The translations under genes and the position numbers were made by a program. Under the pieces are notes generated by a model. It ran no database searches, had not been told where the DNA came from, and was given only the letters and a program-made list of their open reading frames with translations. Below, piece by piece: positions 25,961 to 39,441 of a stretch of DNA of 64,000 nt; position 1 is the stretch's first letter; each line of letters starts with the position of its first letter. The stretch comes from Mobula hypostoma (lineage: Eukaryota): the NCBI RefSeq assembly GCF_963921235.1, contig NC_086118.1:14880001-14944000 (forward strand), in the 5' to 3' direction.

Positions 25961-26726
25961 CAAAGGGTGAATTGAGGCAGTTGGCAATTTGGCTGCCTTT
26001 CGAATATGCTAACATCAAGACGTATGGTTGAACAATAACCATTCACCAATGATTTGATGTCAATAAACCCAAAGCTACTAGTACCAAGGATCTTCAACTG
26101 ACCTCTTACATGAAAATAACAAAGAGTTTAACAGCATAAAGCTATTTATTTGGAACATAAGATGTCCAGAAGGAAATGCTGCCATTGGCACATTCCAGGC
26201 TGAAGGATGAACAGAAGTTTGATGCAGCCACTGCGAAGGTTCTTTTGGGAATGATGACAATCTAGAGTCCTTCCACTACTGAATAATGAGGAGCTGAGTT
26301 CAGTGAGGAGCCCCTCAAACAAAAAAAGGGTGCATCACCCCAGGCGGTGACGAGTGGCAATGGTGCTATGTAAAAAACTGAACTGAATGCCTTAACCAAA
26401 TATCACTAAGAATGTAGAGTTTGCATGAAGTCTATTATTTCACATCTTATAATGAAAACATTTATTTTTAAGCTAAAAATAAATTGCTCCTGGGGTTTTA
26501 ATGCGACATTGAATTAACCTTTTGGGATGGCACTCGAGTTTATTATCATACACACAAGTGCCTGTATGCACAGGTACAATGAAAAATTTACTTGTAATAG
26601 CATCACAGGCATATTCCAACATTCACAAGAAACACATCAATTGAACATAAATTACACACAATTTTTACAAAAGAGAACACAATTAGAAGGGGAAAAAAGC
26701 CCTTTTTAGTGCAAAGAGATCATACT

Positions 26727-27194
26727 TGTAGGAGCCATGCATCTGTTCTCTATCTGCATTCAATTCTGTGTTGCATGTTTATTATGGTAACTAGTCACAG
26801 GAGTGTGGGCATGGTAAAGGCGAAGGGAATAAGTCACGTATTCGTGCTTTGATCATTACAGTTTGTAGCAGTTGGAGACCACCGAAGGTCGTATCTTTAA
26901 TGCTCAATTACACTTAGCTTACATGGGTATGCTTAAGTTTCATCGCTTTAAAATCGTATGCTTGCTAATTGCTAATAAAGAATCACATACCATAAAACCA
27001 TATAACAATTACAGCACGGAAACAGGCCATCTCGGCCCTTCTAGTCCGTTCCGAACTTTTACATACATACCCTTAACTTTTGGAACAATCATTGGTGTTG
27101 AAGGCGCTTCATGCAAGAATAACTCTCTCGGATTGCCGGCAGCAGCGACCGATTTGGCCGCTACAATATCTCTGTTAAATTAGACTAACCTACA
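26727..27194 (+). mobile_element. Probable solo LTR (TGTAGG...CCTACA) containing a ~70-bp CR1 tail insertion
   Basis: 6-bp terminal inverted repeats, AATAAA at 26974, CpG-rich; no matching TSD. Confidence 0.55.
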
Positions 27195-27199
27195 GAAGT

Positions 27200-28328
27200 G
27201 AGAGGGTAGGGCTGGTTGTCTGTGACTAGTGATGCTTCTCAGGGATCTGAACTGGGACCTTGGTTATTTATCATGTATATCAATGATTTGGATGAAAGTG
27301 TGATAGGGCAGGAGAGTAAGTTTGCAGACAACACAAGGCTGGTGACATCATGGAGAGAGTAGAAGCGTGCCATAGGATACGGAAGGCTATAAATCAGTTG
27401 CAGATATTAGCATTGAAGTGGCAAATTAAGTTTCATCCAGGTAAGTGTGAGGTGCTGCACTTTAGGAGATCCAACAAAGGGAGAATACAAAGCTAAATGA
27501 ACCTGTTGTCCTGATGATGGGTCTGCACTCAAAACGTTTACTTCCCTCCAAGGATGCTGCCTGACTTGCTGAGTTCTTCTGCCATTTTGTGTGTGTTGCT
27601 TAAGATGTCCAGCATCTGCAGAACCCCTCATGTGCACAGCTAATGGCAGGATCTTTAACAGTCTGATGAACAGGAGGACCTTGGGGTCCAGGTATATGCT
27701 CCTCAAAAGTGGCCGCACAGGTGGTAAAGAAGATGTACAGCTTGCTCGCCTTCATCAGTCAAGGCACTGAGTTCAAAAGCCAGGAAATTTTGTAACAGCT
27801 TTATGAAACTCTCGTTTGGCCACATTTAGAGTATTGCGTTCATTCCTGCTCACCTTATTACAGGAAGACTTCGGAGAGGGACCCAGAGGAAAGGATGCTG
27901 CTTGGTTTGCAGCAGAGGTGTTTTAAGGAGAGGTTGGACAAGCTGGGGCTGTTTTCTCTACAGAGATAGAAGCTGAGGCAAGACTTGAAAGTAATTTATA
28001 AAATGATGCAACACATAGACAGACAGCCAAATTTTTTTCCCCGGAAGGAGGCATGTACTTAAGGGGAGAGGGGTGACATTTTAAAAAGGTGTGCAAGGTA
28101 AGTATCTATTCACACAGTGAACAGTGGGTGTCTGGAATGCATTGACGGGCAGTTGGTGGAGTTGTTTAAGAGACTCTCAGATAAATAAATGAATATGCTG
28201 AGAAGGGAGGATATGGTCAATGTGTGAGGAACAAAAGTTAGATTAATTGGGAGTCATTGATTTAATCAGTTAGACACAACATTGTGGGCTGTAGGGCCTG
28301 TCCTGTGGTGTACTGTTTGATGGTCTAT
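27200..28328 (+). mobile_element. CR1 LINE degenerate RT/3' region with nested Penelope-derived repeat (~27505-27635)
   Basis: VTSDASQGSELGP.., YINDLDE, SKFADNT, KCEVLHF, PHLEYCVHS motifs. Confidence 0.82.
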
Positions 28329-29699
28329 TGAATTTTAAATATTAGAAGGGCTTGGCTTCAGTTTACAAATATGAAATATCAACATGGAGTTATACAGCAC
28401 AGAATCAGGCACTTCAGCTCATCAAGTCCATGACAACCATCAACCACCCATTTATACTAATCTTACATTCTCATCCACTCCCCCACATGCCAGGGGCCAA
28501 ATAACCATCACAGCACACGAACGTGGGTGAAAGCTGGAGCATCTGGTGAAAACTCACACAGCCTCAGGGGGAGCAAGCAAGTTCCACACAACATGCAGCT
28601 GACAACAGTACTCAACCCAGGTCTCTGGGACCGTTAAAATGCAGACTTGCATTGTGCCACTGTATATCTTCAACACTTCAATATAAAAGAATCATCAATT
28701 CTATTCTAAACACAGAGATTCTGCAGATGCACAACACGTGCAAAATTCTGGAGGAACAGCAAGTCAGGAAGCATCTATGGAGCAGAGTAGGCTGTTGGCA
28801 CTTTGGAATGAGAATTTTCATGAGGATGATCCTATTCTGGACTCATTTCTCACTTAGGTTTGGAATAATGGGCCTTTAATGCAAATATATTAATGCAGCT
28901 CAGAGCCATTTGTAAATAAAGTGATAAGCGTTCTGCCCAAAGGACCCATTTAACAGATTAGCATGCACGAGGACAAAAGCAGGTCATTGTTCTTCTTGCT
29001 ACAATGAAAAGCCAGATGAGACACACATTAACAGTTATGTTATTGCAGGCCCCGCTGTCAGCTTTATGTGCCACTTAAAGAGATGGAAGAGCGCTCAAGC
29101 AGCAAGCTATCACACTCTCTTATCCAGTCCAGTCGCCAGGCCCTGTGCATAGATCTAAAATGAAGACTGCTTCAGGCCACTGACATTCAGATGGAGAGAA
29201 CTATTCAAAGTGCAGATTAATGTCATTTCCACATTAAGTCATTAACATAATAATAGGAAGCTTTTTTATTGACAGCTCAATAGCAGAATGATGTACTTTA
29301 GCTCCAATACATAATCACGCAGCTACCAATCACAGATAATGTTGATGGAAGGCAGCACAGGAAGTGAGTCACAGAATTGCTTCCCAGTTTCCATGGATAC
29401 TAATAAGATAACATGCTCTAGTTAAGGATATTCCAGGAGATTTAACTACATTGCGCCTGAATGAATAACATCCGGGAGTATTATTTAAGTCTGGGTCCTC
29501 TCAAATTGATTACACTCCACCTTACACGTAGTGATAGAACTGGCAAAGGAAGAATGGCAAGGGCAAAAGGAAAAGAGAGGAAATCAGAGGAAATCAGAAT
29601 AAACTAGATATCTTAAGAAAATAAAAAGAACTTTAAAAAAGTGTATAAAGGTTTTCTTCTGTTTGAAAAGTCCAGGAAGACCATGATAACTGGTACAAG

Positions 29700-30005
29700 G
29701 ACATCATTATAGCACAGCGGCTAGTGCGACGCTATTGCAGCTCAGGTGCTCTAGAGTTCAGAGTTCAATTTCAGTGCTGCTCTCTGAGGAGTCTCTGTAC
29801 GCCCTCCACCGTGGAATGTGTGGGTTCCCCCAGGTGCTCCGGTTTCCTCCCATAGTCCAAAGATGCACTGGGCAGTGTTAATTGGTCATTGTAAATTGTC
29901 CCGTGATTAGGTTTGGGTTCATCAAGGTTATAGGGTTGCTGGGTGGTGTGGCTTGAAGGGTCAGAAGGACCTGCTTCATGCTGTATCGCGAAATCAGTCA
30001 ATAAA
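29700..30005 (+). mobile_element. V-SINE (HE1-like elasmobranch SINE)
   Basis: tRNA-like head (B-box-like gagttcaatt), V-domain ggtgctccggtttcctcccatagtccaaaga, aataaa tail. Related copies at ~31720-32195, 38340-38575, 42700-42910 and 46080-46340 (+), and ~13660, 28380, 33400 and 58000 (-). Confidence 0.72.
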
Positions 30006-30229
30006 TACAGCTAATAACTCTGGACTTGTGCCCTCCAGTTTGGGAAAAAAGGTACAGAAAAATGTCAAAGGCACGAGGAATCAGAATCAAAATCCAGGCT
30101 AATATCACCGGCATATGACGTGAAATTTGTTCTTTTACAGCAGCAGTACATTGCAATACATTATATTCTTTCAAAAGTGTAAATTACAATTTTATATATT
30201 TATATCAAAACATATTACATATATAAACA

Positions 30230-30503
30230 TAGATAGAAACATAGAAAACCTACAGCACAATACAGGCCCCAAAGCTGTGTCGAACACATCCTTATCTTAG
30301 AAGTTACCTAGGGTTACCAATAGCCCTCTATTTTTCTGAGCTCCACGTACCTGTCCAGGATTCTCTTAAAAGACCCTATCACAGCCACCTTCACCACCAT
30401 CACCGGCAGCCTATTCCATGCACTCACCACTCTCTGCGTAAAAAACTTACCCCTGATATCTCCTCTGTACCTACTTCCAAGCACCTTAAAACTGTGCCCT
30501 CTA
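30230..30503 (-). mobile_element. CR1 3' end nested in a Rex1 3' UTR (30080-30735)
   Basis: RGHSFKVLGSRYRGDIRGKFFTQRVVSAWNRLP; (ACATAGAA)n tail. Confidence 0.85.
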
Positions 30504-31326
30504 TATCTATCTATATCTAACATTAAGTTAAGCAGTGCAAAAAGAGAGCAAAAAAAAAGCAAAAAGTAGGCATGTAGTGTACATGGTTCACTGTCCATTC
30601 AGAAATCCAATGATGCACGGGAAGAAGTTGTTCCAAAAAGCTGAGTGCGTGACTTCAGTCTCCTGTGCTTGCTCCTTGACGGTAGCAATAAGAGGGCATG
30701 TCCTGGGTAATGGGGGTCCTTAATAATGGATGGAGTACAGTAGAGGCCAGGGTTTGTTCTTCTTGGAGGAAGGAAGTGAAGAGAAGGTTCTAAGGAGCTG
30801 TGCAAAATTATGTCCAATGTTGATATGATGAACAGGCTTCAATAGGATTAGCTTAAATCGGTATTTGAGGGTTAGTACTCTCTCAGTGGACTGGAAGACA
30901 CATTTTAATTTCGCATGACTGTGATGCCTATCCAACACAGAACCATAACCTTTTACACACAAATTAAAATACTAATAAAGCGAGGTAAAATATCAGCTTT
31001 AAATCCTAGAATGGTAATCAAAGATATTATGGGATGTATCAAGGCAAATGTGGAGATACAGAGATAGGTTACTGCTCAGCGATGATTTTATGAAATGGTG
31101 GAATAGATTGTAGAGATTAAATGACCTGTTCCATATAAAGTTGGACAGACAGGAAGAAAATGTAAACATTCCTATAATGGGGCTGCCTAGCTGCTGCAAC
31201 TGAGATCATCAGAGATGGGAGCTTAGAATGTTTGATGACCGCAGTTTTGTCATACTCTATGAGACGGAAAATGCTCCTTGGAAATATGAAATCCTTGTGA
31301 CAAAGTTGGGTGCAGATTATAGATAC

Positions 31327-31412
31327 CTGTGGATCACTGCTGGTCTTTCTCAAGGACACATGCTGTGACTCCGAATGGTGTGACAGACTCCCCGAGGAGT
31401 GAAAGCCATTCA
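31327..31412 (-). CDS. GAS7: GAS7 internal coding exon (human exon 4 equivalent): VNGFHSSGSLSHHSESQHVSLRKTSSDPQ
   Basis: Acceptor tgcttgtattgcag|TGAATGG, donor CCACAG|gtatct, 86 nt, phase 1-0. Aligns to human VNGYHASGTPAHPPETAHMSVRKSTGDSQ. Embedded in ORF-track entry 31117..31464. Confidence 0.93.
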
Positions 31413-33064
31413 CTGCAATACAAGCACAAATACCACATTCAATAAAGAAACTGGTGCAGTCCAATGTTTACAGTTTCTTGGTGTTAAGTCCAATAATTTC
31501 CAGACACTTAATCATCCTTTGGTTTTAGATATTCCACAAAGTGCTTCCTTGGAATAAAGCAGTAAAGATATTTTATTGCAGAAGAGCAAAGGAAACAAGG
31601 TGGTTACAGAGACAAAAGGTAGCAGACATAATCATAATTACCTTCATCGGGTCACTTTGAAACACACAAACCAGGCAACAAATCTCTCCTGAAAGAACCA
31701 AACAATCATGCACAGTATAAGCAACACCATAGCATAGCAGTTAGTGCTATGAATTCGGAGTTCATAGCACTATGAACTATGATAGTTCATATCATATGAA
31801 CTATGACAGTTCATATCATTACAGAATTCGGAGTTCAATTTCCAAGTCCTCCGTAACAAATTTCTTCCCACAGTCCAAAGATGTCCCAGTAAGTGGGTTA
31901 ATTATTGTTCCTCTCCATGCCTTGTTGTGCATAGGACAACCTTACCATTTCTTTTAACATTTATCTGTTTTTTACGAAGCCTAGTTGCTAACTTGATGCT
32001 CAACCCTGCATGGATGGAAAGCAAGTAAGGAGCCGGCTGGATTCGAACCCAGGACCACTTGCCTCGAAGTCCAGTTCTGATGCCACTACATCACCAGCTG
32101 GCTGGTGGGTTAATTGGTCATTGTAAATTATCCTGTAATTAGGCTAGAGTTAATTTGGTGGGCTGTTGGGTTCTGCACTGCATCTCTAAATAAATGAAGG
32201 AATCAAAGTCATATTGCTGGAAGTAGGGTCAACTAACTTCAAATTATTCTCTGTCTTTTAAGGTGTTTAGCCGCAATAAAAATGAATTTAAGGTTGACTG
32301 AGAGCATATTATAAAACATTTTGAAATTCTCCTCCGCAATCATATTCCTATTAAACAATTCAGATCAATCCCTGATAGTGCACCAAAGATTCAATCCTCT
32401 TGCCAGTCATAAATAATAGAGCTACTTTATTGAAGTGACCTTTTTGTTCATTTATAAACTTGGGAGTTCTCACAAAGTGAGTCTTCAAACCACCATGCTA
32501 GAAGATGGTAATACTTCTGAAGTGCAAGATACTTTCTAATAAAGCTGCATAACCACTCTGTAATCAGTCTCCATTGTGTTCAGACTGAGGTTTTAGAAGC
32601 CTCAACAATGAGCTCTCTGCCTTCACTGACACTTTCAATTGTTTTATTCACATACTCCCCTTTTATCCCAAAGGCACTGATTGTAATTTGCAGGTCAAGG
32701 GCTAGGGCTGCAAGCAGCAATGAGATCTTTGTTTAAATCTTCTCTGAGCAGTCACCATTTTGAGGGTTAGGGAGGAGTGTAGGGTAAATTATTTGCATAC
32801 GCCTGCAACAAATATCATCTTCAGTATGACTTAAGTTAGCCTAGGAATCAATTCTGCACATCTGAGCTCCCAATATAAAATATTGTTCGATTGTGGACTT
32901 CAGAAAGGGTAACATGAGGGAACACACAGCAATCCTCAGAGTAATTTGAAGTGAAAAGAGTGAGCAGTTTCAAGTTCCTGGGTGTCAATATATCTGAGAA
33001 TCTTTCCTGGGCCCAACATATCGATGCAGCTATGATGAAAGCATGAGAGAGGCTATACTTCATT

Positions 33065-34205
33065 AGGAATGAGCAACCTTATTTCGATGTGGGGCCCAAA
33101 ACTGCTCAGAATCCTCCAAATATGGTCTGATCAATGTGTTCAGCATTACATCTTTGCTTTTATATTCTACTCCTTTGGAAATGAATGCAAACATTGCAAT
33201 TGCCTTCCTTACTACCAATGCAACTTGCAAGTTAACCTTCAGGGAAACTGCATAGGACTCCAAGTCCCTTTGTATCTCTGATTTCTGAATTAGAAAATAG
33301 TCTACACCTTTATTCCTTCTACTAAAGTGCAAGACCATAGACTTCCCTACACAGTATTTTATCTGCTATTTCTTTGCCCATTCTGCTAATTTATTATTTT
33401 TTAGAGATACAGCACAGCCCAGTGAGCCCTGCTGTTCAATTCCGCCCACGTGACCCATTAACCTACAGTATAACCTTTACGTCTTTGGAATGCGTGAGGA
33501 AACTGAAACATCTGGACAGAACCCACAGGGTGACAGGGAGAACTTGCAAATTCCTTAGAAACAGTTGGCCACCGGCACTGTAAGAGTGTTATGCTAACGA
33601 CTATGCTACTGTGCCTTATCTGTAATCTTACTAAGTACTCTGCAGACTTCCTGCTTCCTCAACACCACACGCTACTCCACCTATCTTTGTATCATCTGCA
33701 AACTTGGCTACAAGCCATCAATTCCGTCATCCACATCATCAACATATACTGTAAGTGAATAGTGGACACAACACTGGCCCTTGTGGAACACTATTAGCAC
33801 TGCCAGCCAACCAGAAAAGGCCCTCTTTCTTCCCACTCTGACTTCTACTAATCTTCTTTCCATGCTAGTTAGCTAATCTTCTCCCCTTGCTAGTCTCCTT
33901 CCTGTCATACCATAGGCTCCTATCTTGTTCAGCAGCCTTATGTGCAGCACCTTGTCAAAGGCCTTCCAAAAATCCAAGTGAACAATATCCAGTGATATTC
34001 CTTTGTTTCCTGTTGTATCCTCAAAGAATTCCAAGAGATACGTCAGGCAAAATATCCCCTGAAGGAAACCATGCTGACTTTGGCCTATTTTATGTGCCTC
34101 CAAGTACCCCAGAACCTCATCTTTGATAATGTAGCCTAACATTTCGTCAACTACTGAAGGCAGGCTAATTTCCTGATTTTTGCTTCCCTCCCTTCTTAAA
34201 GAATG
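33065..34205 (-). mobile_element. CR1 LINE RT fragments with nested V-SINE (~33400-33615)
   Basis: SQHGFLQG..CLTYLLEFFE..VHLDFWKAFDKV and VVRKAIAMFAFISKGVEYKSKDVM. Confidence 0.85.
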
Positions 34206-34845
34206 GAGTGACACAGCTTCAGCCACTTCCAGGATGTGCCTTCCCATTACTCACTACTCTCTGGGTGATGATGGTCCTCCTCAGATCCCCTCACACTAAA
34301 CCTATGTAATTCAGTTTTATTGGGCTCTGATACAGGAACCGTTTCCTACATGGAGCCAACAGTATGAACACAGTGCCTCACTGCAGTCATTTCAATGGGC
34401 TCTCAAGCAGAAAGTGACACACACCCAATTAATTATCAGAACAAATGCCAACCATTATATGAACACAAATGGCTTCTGAACATACTAGAATGGTGCAGCC
34501 ATACTTCATCTGATCAACCAATATCGAAAATTCACTTATTCACCAAAATGCTTAAGTTATTTTTCAATGAAGTAGGCACAACACAAGCAATGCAAATAGT
34601 GAACCAACGAGACTACTCCATTGAAAACCTGTCTTGGCTTGGATATCACTACATTCATTAGCACTATTCTACTCCATTCTTATTCTATTAAAATGCTCAT
34701 CATTTTAGCATATTGTATGTCTTTGGTTGTTTCTATTTATCTTTAAAAGTGTTCCACTGCATTTTTGTAAGTTACAAAAACCTATTTTAACTTGAGATCA
34801 ATCCTAACTAGCTTTTAGTGATCAACAGTTTCATCGCCCCTTTAC

Positions 34846-34923
34846 CTGTGAGCATGGAATTCATCTGTGTCATCGCAGTCTTCGGGGTCCCCGGAGTACT
34901 GGTTGGTCTTTCCCAGGTTGTTT
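34846..34923 (-). CDS. GAS7: GAS7 internal coding exon (orthologous to human exon 3): end of WW domain, (E)TTWERPTSTPGTPKTAMTQMNSMLT(V)
   Basis: Minus strand: acceptor tttttcttttattccag|AAACAACC, donor CACAG|gtaaa, 78 nt, phase 1-1. Translation matches human GAS7 ETTWERPSSSPG as I recall it; it is in frame with the next two exons. Confidence 0.93.
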
Positions 34924-36442
34924 CTGGAATAAAAGAAAAATTTCAGTATACAAAAAGGAGTTTCATGTAAATTGGCTTATAAAAAACTGAAGAGAATCAA
35001 ATTATAGCAAAATACTAAACACACTTTAAATGACATGAAGGTCCGATCACTGAACACCTCGCCTTGTGTCCAGTTAAACCTATGGAGATGAACGTACATG
35101 CAAGATATCAACAATCAGCTGATCATTAGTTGATAAAATTACTGCCAAAAAATAAACTGGAAGCCAAGATATTTGTCTTCACGAAGAGCCAAACAAGATT
35201 TTTTGTTATCTTCAGCTTTTGCAGATTATTTGCCAGTCTAATTTCTCCTCTCCTAAAGGCACAAACTCATGCTTTGATGCAATTATACACCAAGGATCAT
35301 TTTATAGTTCCATGTCTTTGCTGTTGTTTTTCAGGTGTCGGCCGGCTGCCTGCCCCAGTCTAAAGCTCACCAGATTCATGCCCTTGCTGATTTATGGACA
35401 TGCGCAAGTTAGGATTTTTGGAGACAAAAGCGACTGCAGATGCTGGAATCTGGAGCAACACAAAGACATAGGAGGCCTCAATGGATCAGGCAACATCTTT
35501 GGAAGGAAATGGACAGTCAATATTCAAGCTGGGACTTCTGATTTTTTTCCCCTCCTGCTATCAATACTATTATCTCATCTCTCTCTTCTTAGCAATCCCT
35601 CTGGAATGGGGAATGTTTGCTTCCACTTCAATTCTATAGGAACGCAGGTGGCTACTGTGCCCTGTGTGGCGCTCACAGGATGCGTCTCAGCTGGGGAAGG
35701 CGGTATTTGATGGGTATAGGCTACACTTTCCTTCCACTGATAATTTCTGTTATATGTACTAGACTCTAGTAACCAGAGGATACATTTTTAAAGTTACTTC
35801 TTCAATTTTAATCCTCCTACAGGAACCCCCATACTAAAGTCCTACAGAGATGCCATTTGGCCCCCAAGTCTGCACTAACCCATTTATGTTAAGCCTACAT
35901 TAATCCCATTTTTCATTTTCTGCAATACAGATGTTCAACACTTTCAAGGAGACTGATATCATCCACAAATTATTTTCTCTGGGCACTTCCATCTGGTAAT
36001 CCCTTGTTGTGATGGAGATATTAGCAGTTTGTTTGTATTGTGCATGAGGGCAATGTGGTCTGAGTGTGGGGGCCAGATGTTAACAAGGCCTCCACCCAGA
36101 AATGGATTTGGAGAATTTTTCTTGGACAGTTTTAGTAGCTCTTTCTGGTGCAATTAACTGTTTATTTTATGTTTCAGAAGCAGAGTAGCAGGGACCATTA
36201 CCTCCCAGTAGACCACAAGTTTCATGTGGTCTTTAAAAGTCTTAATCTTTGAAGATTCTTTTCAACAGATCGCTGAAGATTGCTTTAGCACACTGAACAC
36301 AGATGTGCATTTCAGCATCGATCAGTGCCTTCATTATGAGGTAGCTTTGGTGATTTGGAAAGTGGTCACCTTTCCCCAAGGTTCCAGAGAGCAGTTTTAT
36401 TGTCAAAATGCCACATTGTGGGAGCAGTTTGGTATAAGAGCT

Positions 36443-38178
36443 CAGTGTAGGCCATTGTGAAAAGTGGGGAAAATATGTGTAGGGCTCTCAGTAAACTAGG
36501 TGGACTGTTAACTGTTGATCACTTATTACCAAAATGGCTTCTCTGAAGTGTTATATTAAAATGGCTTCTCGTAATGTTAACTGCTGAGCAAGGGGTTCTC
36601 TGTAACTGCAATGTTTGGGTTATACAGGGAGATAATGGAAATTGTATTCATTTGTTAGCCAATGGAAGTCATGTTCTGTTATCTTGTATATGTGTGCTGA
36701 GTTGAGGAGCGTGGGCTTTTTTCAGGAGGCAAGCGGAGAGGACGGACATGTGCGGAACGGACGGGGCTCCTGGGCGGCAGACACCGAACCTCGGGGGTTC
36801 GGAGGGTGGCCGGAGTCTCGGAAGGACGTTGTGGATGGAATCCGAGGCGTGAGCTCCAATATTAAAATATTATGTGCACAAGACTTATAAGTTACTTATG
36901 TGGCGCCTTTTCTTGTAGTTGTTTCGACTAACCCAACACGAAAAATTTGCTATAAAGTATAATTATTTACTCGCACTTGGTATATTGTTTCATATTTGTG
37001 TTGTGGCTGATCATTGGGCGACTCACACCTTATCCGCACCAAAGCAATTGCACTGTTGGCAGGGTTGACGGCTATTCACCCTAGGCAACAGGGGGTCAGT
37101 GGGGCAAAGACCCTCATATGTGAAATGCCAGGCCACCCCTCTTGGTGCTCGGTAGCACTTGTAAGAGATGCTAATGTACCATCAACTGTCACTCAGATGA
37201 AGCAGCTAACGTCTGTGGCTGCAAATGCAGATGAAGTTCATGGCTCCACAATCTGTAACATCTTGCACAAAAAGTGTATTTATGGAATACTGGTTAGGAG
37301 AAGGCCCAGGCTCAAACAAAAATATCCTTTCCCATACAAACTTTGCAAAGCGTCACTTAAAAGATACTGAAAAGACTTGGAAGAAGGTCTTGTGGTCGGA
37401 TGAGACTAAAATGGAACTTTTTGGCCTTACTATTAGGAGGTACGTCTGGTGTTAATCTAATACTGTGCATTAGCCAGGTAACACCATCCCTATTGTAAGG
37501 TATGGTGGTGGTAGCATAACGCTATGGGGATGCTTTTCAGCAGCAGGGACTGGAAATCTGGTCAGGATTATTGGGAAGAAGAATGCTGCTAAATACAGAG
37601 AGATCCTGGATTAAAAACCTGCCAGCTTCTTTCAGAAAGTTTTAACTGGGGAGGAACTTGGTCTTTCTGCAGTACAACAACCTAAAGCACACTGCCAGAG
37701 CAACCATGGATAGCTTCAAATGAAGAAAATTTATGTCCTTGAGTGGTCCAGTCAAGAGATTTGACTTTTACCCAAACAAACAGCTCTGGCAAGACCTCAA
37801 GATGCTATCCACCTGGCACAGTTTGAGCAAGTTTCCAAGGAGGAATGGGCAAATCTTGCTTCATCACTCTGTGCAAAGTTAATAGAGGCTCATCCAAAAA
37901 GGCTACTGGCTGTAATAGCTGCGAGAGGTGGTTCATTCAACTAAGCACTGAGCAAAGAGGGATGAATACATTTGAAGTGTTGACATGTCAGGTTTTGAAT
38001 TTTCAATTTTTCATGCTTTACAATTTTCCCTGTTTTTGGGCTCTACTGTACTGTGATAAAAAAAAAGAGCATGTGATTCACAAATAAAAATTCTCAGTTA
38101 AATTGATCAAATCCTGAATTTGCAATACTCATTTATATGAACAAAGGGTTGAGGGCTGAATACTTTTACGAGGCATTG
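36443..38178 (+). mobile_element. Defective Tc1-like transposon (DD34E transposase pseudogene), 5'-truncated, interrupted by a solo LTR
   Basis: KRHLKD..WKKVLWSDETKMELFG..RRYVW and [21 protein letters not shown], with stops and frameshifts; right TIR ..gaatacttttacgaggcattg followed by TA (38179-38180). Confidence 0.9.
36478..37116 (+). mobile_element. Solo LTR (639 bp) inserted in the Tc1 element
   Basis: TGTAGGG...CCCTCA ends; 4-bp TSD TATG at 36474-36477 and 37117-37120; CpG-rich interior. The Tc1 sequence resumes after it. Confidence 0.78.
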
Positions 38179-39441
38179 TATTTTGCCTAGAAACAATTTT
38201 GATATATTGAAACTAAGTTGAAGAAGCTGAAATGCTAGGAGAAAAAAAAAAGGTACATTATACTTATCTTGCACAATACTAAAATAATTTAAATTAAAAG
38301 AAAATATCTCCATTTTTATCCAGTTTCCAAAAACATGTGGACTTGGAGGCTACTTGCAGGCAACTCGGGTTCATCCCCCCAACTACCTGTAAGGAGTTTA
38401 TATGGTTTTTCTGTAACTATGTGGGTTTCATCCAGGTGCTCCGGTTTCCTCCCACACTGGTTGGTAGGTTAACTGATCATTGTAAATTGTCCCGTGTTCG
38501 GGCTGGGATTAAATAGGGGAGTTGCTAAGCAACGTGGTTCAAAGGGCCGAAACCGCACTGTATCTCAATAAATAAATAGATAGATAGATAAATCAAAAGA
38601 TAAGTAAGTAAGGCTGCAGGTCAGAAATCCCCAAGCTGGTTTGCAACATGTAGTCCTTACAATGTTACACAGATTTCACTGTAGTGCAAAGAGAGGCAGG
38701 GTATAAAACCACAGGTATAAAGTTTCCCATTAGGATAAACCTATCAGTGACAATCCACTGTAAGCTAGGATTCTAATTTTATTATACGTGCTTATTAAAG
38801 TATACAAGGCTAAACACTCGCAGCAATGTGAAATTGGAATGTGCTGGAAAGGAAGGCTCTTCAGTTCCCTTGTAATAATTCACATCATGAAACTGAATGA
38901 GTACAAACAAACTTGGTTCAGAGCCCCAAGAAATTCAGCTAACAAAATTCGATCAACTCTTTAGCTCTGCCTGGTAGTTTGAGCTTCATGGCTTGAAAAA
39001 AAAATGCTCATCAAGGTTAATAAAGACCATTCCATCCAATTAAAGCAACACACATAAAAGTTGCTGGCGAACGCAGCAGGCCAGGCAGCATCTCTAGGAA
39101 GAGGTACAATCCAATTAAAAATGACTTACTAAACTCTGCTCCAGAAACATTTTAGCTCCCAGTGTGCTCATGGAAACTGTGTAACATCCCTCTGCTTCTC
39201 TACTTTTCTCCGTATTCTACTATTTATGCTGTACTTGTCTGTTTGCACTCACTAATGCTGTACGTCTCACATTTTTGATGAAATTCCATTTGCTTTTTTT
39301 ACTGCCCACCTGACCTTGTATTCATTCCAGCAGCTTTTCTCCACATTCAAGCACATAAGTTCTAATTTAATTATCATTCAACCCTACATAAATACTCAGG
39401 AATACCAAGGTGCAAAACATAGTACCAAAAGTCATATACAG

